From a virus (taxonomy: Duplodnaviria > Caudoviricetes), in the IMG/VR virus record IMGVR_UViG_3300023210_000042, positions 1 through 54,745 of that record: a stretch of DNA of 54,745 nt; one strand, written 5' to 3'. Of this stretch, positions 28,962 through 39,900 are shown one piece after another. The first letter of the stretch is position 1. Each line of letters starts with the position of its first letter. The notes under the pieces were generated by a model that saw only the letters and a program-made list of their open reading frames with translations, was not told where the DNA came from and did not search any database. A program made the position numbers and the translations under genes.

Positions 28962-30923
28962 ATGACTTACTACGGATACGTACAAAGAGAAAACGCAGCT
29001 GGTGTTAACTGGCAGGAGGTAGGCGCAAATTTATCTCAAACATTATTAGATGCTGGCGCTGCAAGGCAGGCTAAGCGAGATGCTTTTGATAAGTCTACTA
29101 AAGAATACCAAGAAACACTTAATAATGCTCCATCTGGAGATTTTAAAACAGCAAATGCATTTGCGCTAAACCATGCTGCAGATGCTTCACGTATGCGTCT
29201 TATTCAAGATAGACTTCTGAAAAGTGGTGTAATGAAAGATAGAGACTACACTGTAGCTCGTCAGAATTTAACTGACGGAACTAAACAATTGTTTGGTTTA
29301 TCTGAAGAATATCAAGCTGAGTACACAGAAAAAATGAAAAGATTTAAGGCAGGAGAAAGCCAAAACTTAGAGGCTTGGTTGATGGAGAATATAGAAGGCT
29401 TATCTAATCTTAAGAATGCGCAGTCCTATATAAACTCCGAAGATGGAAGCGTAAGTGTCGGTAAGCTAGTCGATGGCCCTGGAGGCACAAGAGTCATGAG
29501 TAAAAACCCTAATGACTTTATGACTGTAAACCAGCTTCGTAACAGATACAAAGAAAAGTATGATAAGTTTGACGTGTCAGCCACTATGACTATGGAGGCC
29601 GAGAGGTTAGGTACATTTATAGATAGTGTAAAAAATGCTGGAGGTTCAAACTATGCAGGTACTGTAACTAAATTACTAGACCCAACTATACGTGGGACAT
29701 TAGGTCCTAAAGGTCAAAAGGCTGTAGATAGTTTTAAGGCTATGGAAACGGATATGATTAATAGCTACTTAGAGTCTAACCCTTTAAACGCATTATCTGT
29801 TCTCACAAACAGTGTTGGGGTAAATCCAAAAACAGGGAAGAACTTTGAACCAACTTTTGATGAGGCAGAGGCTAAAAAAGACCCTAACAAGATTTTAATT
29901 AAAGATGATGGTAGTGGTAGAATAGAGCCAGTTCTTAGTGAGGACCAAAAAAAGTTAGCTTTTGAAAGTGTTCAAACAAATTTTAGAAATAAGATAGATA
30001 GAGAAAAAACTATTGATACTTATAACGAGCCAAAGCCACAGCAGCCATCAGCTGCTTCTATAAAGCAATCTGAAAAGAAAAAATCAGAGGAAAACGCTAT
30101 TAGTTCTTGGAATGATTTATACTACGAAAAAACCGCAGCAGAAAAACAAACAGCTCTAGAAAATTTATTAGGTTCACAAAAATCTAAGGACTCAAGTTTA
30201 AGAGACATTGATTTAACTGTTCCTGGAGAGATAGAGTTTATTTACAAAGACAAATCAAAGAATAGAGTTATTCAGTATGACCCACAAAATATTACTATTG
30301 AGGAGTGGTCGAGACTTGGAAACGAGATACATGGTGTAGATGATGTAACAGAAGTATTAGATAGAAGTGGAGGAAGGCGAGTTGATAATGAAGGAAACCC
30401 ATTAAAAGGCCAGTTTGGTGAAGATGTTTTAACTGATGTGTTTGCAGCACGTGAAGGTGAGTCTACAAAACAATCCATTCAAGATGCTTACTCAGATTAT
30501 CTTGACACACAAATAGACGGAAGTAGAAGGAGCTATGCTACAAAAAAAGGAGAACCTATCAAGGATGCTAATGGAGAAATGGTAAAAAACTTTAAAGCTA
30601 ACATACCTTCAGGATTTTCAATAGAAGAAACTTATGGTGTAGGAGACAATACAGATAGACTTGTTACGATTAAGAAAGATGGTGGTAAATCACTTGAGGT
30701 TGATATAACTAAATCAAATTATGCCAAACTAATTAAAGACTTTATTTTAAACAATTCAAACACTGAGGAGGATTTAAAGAGAATGTCTCTAACAAAAGGT
30801 GTAAACAGAAAAACGCTATCCAATCGGTCCGTTTCTAGAAGGAATAGACAAACAGGTAACACAGGTAGTGGTAATACAAGGACAACAAATCCAAATGGAG
30901 CAGGCGCTAATTATAATCAATAA
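28962..30923 (+). CDS. internal virion (ejection/cargo) protein
   Basis: 653 aa, no Cys, helical; between the small and giant cargo genes. Confidence 0.6.
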   Translation: MTYYGYVQRENAAGVNWQEVGANLSQTLLDAGAARQAKRDAFDKSTKEYQETLNNAPSGDFKTANAFALNHAADASRMRLIQDRLLKSGVMKDRDYTVARQNLTDGTKQLFGLSEEYQAEYTEKMKRFKAGESQNLEAWLMENIEGLSNLKNAQSYINSEDGSVSVGKLVDGPGGTRVMSKNPNDFMTVNQLRNRYKEKYDKFDVSATMTMEAERLGTFIDSVKNAGGSNYAGTVTKLLDPTIRGTLGPKGQKAVDSFKAMETDMINSYLESNPLNALSVLTNSVGVNPKTGKNFEPTFDEAEAKKDPNKILIKDDGSGRIEPVLSEDQKKLAFESVQTNFRNKIDREKTIDTYNEPKPQQPSAASIKQSEKKKSEENAISSWNDLYYEKTAAEKQTALENLLGSQKSKDSSLRDIDLTVPGEIEFIYKDKSKNRVIQYDPQNITIEEWSRLGNEIHGVDDVTEVLDRSGGRRVDNEGNPLKGQFGEDVLTDVFAAREGESTKQSIQDAYSDYLDTQIDGSRRSYATKKGEPIKDANGEMVKNFKANIPSGFSIEETYGVGDNTDRLVTIKKDGGKSLEVDITKSNYAKLIKDFILNNSNTEEDLKRMSLTKGVNRKTLSNRSVSRRNRQTGNTGSGNTRTTNPNGAGANYNQ

Positions 30924-30926
30924 TAA

Positions 30927-33900
30927 ATGAACGAACAAGCACTTATAGATTCTTTTGAATTGTTTCAGCAAGAAGGGTACAATGGTACTATCGATGATTT
31001 TAAAAAGCTTATGGCTAATAACGATAACGCATTGAATGATATGTTTGGTTTATTTGTAGACCAAGGGTATAGAAAATCTAAAGAAGACTATGCTGTTCTT
31101 ATTGGTGCACAGCCACCGAAGACAGTAAAAAAAAAAGACACTTCGGAATCCACTTTGGACGATGGTTTATTGGAGCAGTTCAATATTGATGACTATACAA
31201 AAAAAGAAAAACCTGATTTTAGAGAAGAGCTACTGCTAAAGGTTCAAGACAACACACGTATGCCTAGGGAGGCAACTCTAAAAAACCCACCAATACAATC
31301 TCCAAAACTTCAAGGTGAGCCTGTGGATATGGCACAAGTTCTTGCTGATATAAATGCAGAGACTAGAACAACTGAGGAGATTCGTCAGCAGGAAATGGAC
31401 GCTTTTTTAAAACAAGAAAAGCTAGACCAAGAGGCTGCGCTAGAGCAAGCAAAAATAAACCAAGCTTTGTTAACGCAAAGCGAAGGGTTTCAAAACGATT
31501 TAGCTGCTATAAATGCTGACCTTATTGGGCAAGAGAATCAAGATGTAATTCCTTTATTAAAACAAAAATTTCAGAAGTATGGATTTACTTTTGAAGAAAG
31601 CGGAATGGGAGATGGTGTACTTGTAACAAACTTTGATGGGACACAAACCATAGATATCGACCTAGACCCATTCACAACATCTACAGAGATATTAGAATCT
31701 CAAAAATTAAAAAACTTTTTATCGCAACATGCTCTTGAGGAGTTTGAAACAAATGAACTTTTAGACTTTGAAGGGCAGTCTGCAAAAGCTCAAGACCTTC
31801 GTAGAATAGGTAGAATAAATCCTAATGGTACTACATCAACTGTGCTAATGACATCTTACGAAGAGGATGGTAAACATTATGCTATACCTACCTTATTCCC
31901 TAAAAACCCTGAATGGTATGGCTCATCTTCTGGTGACTGGATGCAGTTAGATTTTCAAGAAGCAAAAAAAGTAGCTGAAGAAAGAGGTGAGGTTTTTCAG
32001 TTTGATACAGAGGAAGAGGCACAGAGATTTGCAGAGGGTGCATGGAAAGATACGCACTCTACAGACGCTGTAGGGAAAAAAATATATAGCGAGGTAGGAT
32101 TAAACTTTAAATCTGAGAAAGAAAAATACGATGAGTATCTAAAGGTAAGAGATGAGGTTGATTTTATAGAAAATGAAATGGGGATAACTTTCAGCGGCCA
32201 AGATTTAAAAGCAAAAGGTCTTGAGAGAAGACTAGACCAGCTGTCTGAAGAAGAGCAGAAAAAATTTGGAAGCCTTTATGTAAACGGACAGCTTCGTGAT
32301 GATTTTAGAGAGGTAATAAAAGAGTTGTCTAAAAGAGAGAATGAGTTATACGATGAGGTTAATACAGAAGAGTTGATTGCCTTAAGAGAAAAGTATGATT
32401 TAACATTACAAAAAAAATATTCAGCTATAGCTAAGGATGCATCACGTGCCAACTATGAGGCTATGGCTTTTGAAGATGCTTTACAGGTACAGTCATTACA
32501 AACCTTTGGTGTTAGGCTAGAAGACCTTACAGATATAGAAGCTAAAACAGAAGAAGAGGCACAGATATTAGATAAGTTTAAAGTTCAGAAAGTATCTTTA
32601 AATGCAGAGAAGCAACACGCTGCAAATATTTATGAGGCAGCTAAAACTTTTTATAGCTCCAAGTATGATAAAACCATCATGGATGAGTTTGAAGAAGGCG
32701 CATCTGCAGTATATTCTGAATTAAGAAAAGGTTTAAATGACGGTAATGCCTCTGAAATAATACTTCAGTTATCTACAGGGTTGGCTTTTGATTTTCAATC
32801 ATTAGACCTTGACAATGAAGAGGATAGAAAGAAAGCTGCTGAAATGATAGTAGCTCTTAAGACTAAGAATAGAGATAAAAAAGACTCAAAAGCACTGTCC
32901 AGATGGAACAGAGCTGAAGGATTTAGAGAGAGTATGGATGCGTTTTTACGTAACCCAGCAGAAACAGCACTTGCGTTTGCGGCTAACTCTATAGGTATGA
33001 TGGCTCCTTATGGAATGGAAATAGTTACAGGCACAACAGCTACATCAGCAGGTATAGGAGCTGGACTCGGAGCAACTGGTTTTGTTACAGGGCCTGGTGG
33101 TGTATTAACTACAACTGGTGGTGCAATTGCTGGTGGAACAAAAGGATTAAAGGCAGGGTTTGCTTTAACAGCTTTAGCGATGGAATATACTAATGAATAT
33201 TTTGCAGCTATGGAAGCTGAGGGGTATGATGTTCTTAATGCTAAGGACGTTGAGCTAGCTATGCAAGATGAAGATGTCTGGGCACTAGCAAAAGAGCGTG
33301 GTTTAAAGCGTGGCATCCCAATAGCAATGGTTGATTATCTTACTGCAGGTTTAGCAGGTAGAATTTTTAAGGTAGGGAAAGTTGCAACTCGAACTAAAAA
33401 GATTGCATCGCAATTAGCAGAGCGTTTTGTGCTTGACCCTATTGGAGAAATGGCCGGTGAAGCAGCTGCTCAAGTTGCAGTCGGTGATGAATTAGATTTC
33501 AAAGAGATTGCCGCTGAGGGTATCGGTGGCTTTGGAAACAACTCCAGTATGATGGTGGTTAACAAGCTAATAGATGCACGTAATATGTCTAACATAGAGC
33601 TTGCTTCTAAGCTTACAGATATAAACTACCTTGTAAACGAGAAAGAATCAGACACCAGAATATCAGCGTGGACAAACAACATGGTTGAACTTGGTAAGAT
33701 TAATGAAGACCAAGGACAGCGTATACAAAAAAACTTAGGCTTATCTAAAGATGCAGATAATATGCTGGACTTTGGAAGTGGTAAAAATAAACCTAAGAAC
33801 AAAATAGTTAAGGCTAGGTTAATGGAACTGTTATCTGCCAAAGAAGAGTATTCAGCCGACACTAATCGTAGAGAGGTGTTCGGTCAGAAAATAAAAGATA

Positions 33901-36900
33901 TCAATGGAGAGATTGCATATCTTCTAGAAAATAAAACATTAGCTCCAGACAACCAGAGAGCAAAGATAGAAGCTATATTTTCACCAGGCGTAGAGGTTGG
34001 TGATGTAAGAGCTGGATTATCTCAGTATGTAATTGACGGAAAGAGCTATAGCAAGCAAGACTTTTTAAAGAAGCTTGGTAAGATGAGCGCCAGTCAGTTG
34101 CTTAAGTTCAATGGCAAGGTTGCTAATGATGAAGAAGTTGCTAACCAATTAAAAGATAAAATAGATGCCGTTCAAAAGCCAGAAACAGAGGGCGTGGATG
34201 CACGCCAACAAACCGGAGATAGCCAAGGAGTGGGAACAGGAGTACCCATCCAAGAAACCACAGAACTTGAGACCACCGAAACGGAACAAGTAGCTAGTCC
34301 AATACAGGATAACCTACAGGATAATGAGACTGTTGTTCAAACAGAAGAAGATGCAAAGGGTAGAGTATTCACTACAACTAAACAGGAATCTGTAAGAGAG
34401 CGTGATGGAATGAAAGTCACCAAGTTTAAGTTCAACAGAAGCGATAAAGCAACGGACCAAAGAAATGATTCATTCGTTTCTGAAGAGGTAGCATTAGCGG
34501 ATACTAATTATGAAATTAATCCTGAAGATAGACTAAACCTTCAAGAAGGTGAGACGGCTACTTATGAAATAAATGAAATAAGAGAGGGAGATACAGGAGT
34601 AGGTGCTTCGGTAAAGTTTACAACAATTGATGCTGATGGAAATAAGATAGGCAGCTTTCAAGGTGATGTAACATTAGTTGAGAAACCTGAGGTTGATAGA
34701 AAAAAAGAACGTAATATTGCAAATACAAATGAAAACACAAATGAAAAAACAAACCCAGAAGTTGCAGCAGGAAACAGACTCTTTAGTGAGCCCTTACAGG
34801 AAGCAACAGAAATTGAAGCTAGAGTTAAAGAGAGAACTGGAATTGATACGCCAAAGGGTGAGAGAATAACGAAGCTAGACGAAGAGCGTTCAAATAGAAT
34901 ATCAGAAGCATACGAAAAGCAAGAGTCAAATCCTAATGACCCTGAAGTACAGGCATCCTATAAGGCTTTGATAGATGAAACTATAGCTCAGTATGAAGAT
35001 ATAATAGCTAATGGATATACATTAGAGATGAGTGACACAGAGTATAAAAACTCTTCTGATATGATTTCAGACCTCAGAGACAACAAGACCATGAGGATAT
35101 TCTCAACAGAGGAAGGCTTTGGTTTTGAGGGTATTACCGATGCAGATAGAGCATCTAATCCAATGTTAGCTCCAACAAGTTTTAAAGACAAGAATGGGAA
35201 ACCCCTTTTAGCTAATGATGTATTCAGGTTTGTTCATGACTTTTTTGGACACTCTACAGAAGGGAATAGCTTTGGCCCAATAGGTGAAGAGAATGCTTGG
35301 AATGTTCACTCCAGAATGTACTCTCCTGTAGCTAGAAGAGCAATGACAACTGAGACTAGAGGTCAGAACTCTTGGGTTAATTTTTCAGGCGTTAATGAAA
35401 AAGCTTTTGCTTTAAGGGATGAGGCTAGAGCATTAAGGAAAGAAGGTAAGTTCGAGGAGGCAGAAGCTAAAGTAAAAGAGGCTTATGACACGATGAAATT
35501 TGCTGAGCAAAAAGTAATGCTACTTCCTGAAGAGTTTACTTTATTACCTGAAGAAACTCCTGAAGGTATAGCTCTAGCACAAGAGGTAGCAGACTTAGAG
35601 GCTTCGATTGAGAACCCATCTCAATTTCAACTTGATGATACTAGTATAACTCCAGAAAGAAAGAAGGCTCTAGAAGATAGAGCTCTTAAGTTAATGGAAA
35701 AAGTTCAGCCTGAGCTTAGTGAAAAATCATTCACAGTTGAGGAGACTAACCTACCAACAACACCTATAGTTGTTACAGAAAATACCAAGCTTGCAAATAA
35801 GGTTGGTAAGATGTCCGTTAAAGACTTACAAGACAAGCGAATCAATCTTGTTATGGCTGACCTTTTAAAGGTTGACGAGAAAAGAATGGGTGGAGCTTTC
35901 TTTGGATTACAAGAAGGTATATATGGGAAACAAATAGCATGGGCCTCTATAACGCCTCCTGCAGCTAGGAATATTATAAGAGGGTCTATTAACTCAGACT
36001 ATACTGTGGTGTATATGATGAAACCAGAAGCGGTTGACTCTAATGTTGTACTATTAGATACCTTAACCGATAAAATAAAGCAGTCTCCAAATAGAAAGGC
36101 CATCTTCAATGCAATGATGAAGCACTTATCTATTAACAAATTTGGAAAGAAAACTGAGGTAGTAAACAATATAGGTAAGAATTCAAAGACGTTAGTAGAA
36201 TTTACAGTAGAGTTTGAAAAGCTAGACGTTGATACAAAAGCAAAAATATTTAAAACTGTGCTTCCAAGGGCTGGCGTAAATGCTGGTACTGACGTTGGTA
36301 AATTATTTCAAGCAGAGGGTATATCCCAAGAGTCTGTTCGTGAAGAAAACCTAGAGCAGTTTGCTAAGGACCTACCTATGGGGTCTATGACTATGGTTTT
36401 AAAAATCACAGACAGCAGCGGTAATAAAATAACTAAAAACAATATTGACGATGCAATTGTTATGCCTGAACAGCAGAGAGCTGAGGATATTAAGGAGCAT
36501 AGAAACTATCCTGTATATATAAGAGGTGAGGTGGTAGCTATGCTATCAGATACTGTTCCTTTCTGGGCGGTTAACAAGAATATTCTTAGCACTATAGACG
36601 CTAAGATAGATGGACTAATTAAAACTAAAACAACGGAAAAGGAAAGAAGTAAAGGAGCAGCAGATACAAAACCCACTACAGCTAGACAAGCAAGAGGTGG
36701 TGCAATGAGAACAGCTTCTATGTCGGCAGGAAATTCTTTTGTTGTACAGCCATCATCTAAAACTAATTACGAAAAGTTTATTTCAAAATTAACGAAGTCG
36801 TTTCCTAACACAGAGGTTGTAACAGACCAAAAAGAATTTGATAATTTAGTGTCTGACCTAAGTGCTAAAGCGTTAATGACTAAGAATCAAAAAGTTTATG

Positions 36901-39900
36901 GTGCAGTTTACAATGGCAAGCTATACCTAAACCCTGCTCTTGAAAATTACGACACGCCTGTTCATGAATTCGGTCACTTGTGGTTAAACACTGCTAAAGA
37001 GTTAGCTCCTGATACATATAAAAAAGGTCTATCTCTAATTGAAGGAACAGAGTATGAGGCTGCCGTAAGAAACAGTGAGGCTTACCAGCAAGTTATTAAG
37101 CAGATGATTGCAGATGGAGCAACTGAAACTGAAATTAACGAATACATTCTTGAAGAAGCCCTTGCCACTGCAATAGGAAACAAGGGAGATTCATTCGCTA
37201 GTGCAGCGCAAAAGAAAAACTTTAGGGCTTGGTTGAATGAGTTGTTTGATTTTATTAAAAAATTAACAGGTATATCTAAGCTTACACCAGAACAGATACA
37301 AGACTTATCTCTTGATGAGTTTACTGATGCTGTAGTAGTAGACTTGTTGTCAGAAAACAAGGCGTTTGAAAATGCGGAGACAGCTGTGCTCTCAGACTCA
37401 CTTCAGTTAATGACTACATCTAATTCTTCAATGACTGATATAATTAATATGTCTAGAGATAAAGGATTCTCAGACGCATCTATTAAACAAGTTTTAAAAG
37501 GGAGAGGCTTCAAGGTTGCGGATATAACCACAGCAATGGAGGTAAACGTAGATGCATTTACTCAGTTACCAGAAGCGTTTGGTAGAGTAGAAGGTGGTGT
37601 CAAGGAAGGAATGCAGTTGTTTAAGGATGTAAGAGAGAGCTTGTCTAAGTTTGTTACTCCAGAGAAAACATTATCTGATGTGAGACAAAAGGCAATGGAT
37701 TTAATTAAAGAGAATCCAATCTACAAAGCTCAGCCAGAACAAACTCAGATGGAGATTCTAGTGGACTTTGACAAGACATTGGACACACGTTCTAATGTTG
37801 CTGTGCAAAAAGAAATAGCTGCGATTAAAAACAACCTAAGACAGCGTAAGATTAATAGTCAGAACCTGAAAGCTGCACAGATACAGCTGAGAAACTATAT
37901 AAGAAAGGCTCTACCAAAATCTAAGACATATACTCAGGCACAAATAAACAAGCTTATATCACGTGTAACCAAGTCTACAGTGGATACATTCCAGGCAGAC
38001 ACTGAGTATATAATGAATATTGTAGACCAGCAGAAAGTTAAGATGAAGAATGCTCTTGTCAAGGACATGCTTAAACTAGTGAAAGCAAAAGCCATGACTG
38101 CATTTACTAAGTCTGGTAAGCGTAGAGCTAAAGGATTAAGTAAGGAAGGTACAGCTTACTTCAAAGCTGTTAAGCAGATACTTACAGCTGATGTAGATGC
38201 CCTTAACAAAATACAAGAGGACCTACAAAGTGAAAGCTCAGAGATTAATAATCTTATAGAGAAACAACAAGACGGACAGAAACTAACTCAGATAGAGCAG
38301 GCTAAAGTAAATCTTGCGTTAGCTATGGATACCTTTGGTGATGTATCTAACATGAGCCTTGAAGAGGTTCAGGACTTAATGCAGCAGCTTAAAGATGTTA
38401 GAGCTGAATCAATTGCTACCTTTAAATCAAGAAGACTAGCAAGAGTAGAAGCAAACAAGAAGATGAAAGAGGAGGCTGATAATCAGATTAAGGATACCAA
38501 TCCAATGCTGTTTGATGCTGACGGAAATGTTTTAAATAGAAATGAGCGTAATGCTAGAAGGAATGAGATACTATCACACTTCAGAAATTTTGAGATAGGT
38601 AAAGGGCTTTCATCTTTATCTGAAAGAATGAAGTTTAGCACAGCTAAAGACTTTATCCAGAACATGAAGCAGATGTTCCAGCATTTAGGAACATTAAGCA
38701 ATGTACTAGATAGGGTAACGCAGGGTAAAAACTTTTTTACCAAGAATATTTACGATGCTCTAAATAGAATGGATGACCTTAACAACGGAGGTTTATTTCA
38801 AACTCAAAAGAAGCTTGATGATATAGCTAACACAATACCTGGTATAACTAAAGGAGTAAAACAGATATACTCTAAACTAAATAGCGGTGTTCATATTTTA
38901 AAATTAAAACGTAGTGACACTGGACGAGAGTATACTGATAGGTTTAATGCAGATGAACTCATGCGTATATATGCGCTTAGCTTGAATGATACTCAAAGAC
39001 AAAAGCTTGAAGCTCAGGGTATAACTCCTGAGGTTATAGAGAATATTAAAAGTATCATAGGTCCAGAAGCTGTAGAGTTTACTGACAAAACTGTAAACTT
39101 CTTAAGCAATGAATACTATGAGAGTGTTAACGATGTATACTCATACGTTAATGATGTTAACTTAGGATATGTAAATAACTACTTCCCAACATCAACGATA
39201 CAGAAAGAGACCACCAAAAAAATGATTACTGATGGTGATTTCAATGGTGTGTTCAATGCGGAATCTGCTCCTGCTTTTAAAGAAAGGGTAGACATGAGGT
39301 CTGATGTAGACCTACACGCAGGAACGTTCACAACTGTTCTTAAGAATCATGTTGATACAATGGAGAAATATAAAGCGTATGCTGTAGGCACACAGAGACT
39401 GAATGCTTTATTTAAGATTGACTCTGTTAATGTATTGCTAGAAGAGATGGGTGTAACTGCTCCAATTAAAAAGGCTGTTAACTTTGCTATTAATCCAGAC
39501 TCTGGAAAGGATGCAAGTCTAAGTGTAAAACTTATAGCACGATTACAGACTCAGTTTACAGGATTTGCTCTAGCCTTTAAAGCTATACAGATACTTAAGC
39601 AGGCTACTTCATTTGTTAATGCTTACTCTGACTATAGTTATTTCTCTTCCGATTCTAAAGTTCCTAGAGTAGTACAGGCGGCAGTTGATTTACCTATGTT
39701 TATGTTTGATGGCGCAAGAGTTGCTTTATCGTTAGGTAAAGATTTAGTTGGAAAAAAAGGAGCTGTAAGAGAGGCGATGGAGATATCACCTACATTTAGA
39801 AAAAGGGTTGAGCAAGGACTTGAGGGTGATGTATATGGGTTAGAATCTGGCTCGCAAACATTTAAGAAGACTGCACTTACTGGAGGTAAACTTAAAAGAG

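Noticed and set aside
31653-31667. DIDLD in the giant protein as an RNA polymerase catalytic loop
   Set aside because: It lies near the N-terminus without the surrounding double-psi barrel motifs, and D-x-D-x-D is expected by chance in an acidic 3320-aa protein.
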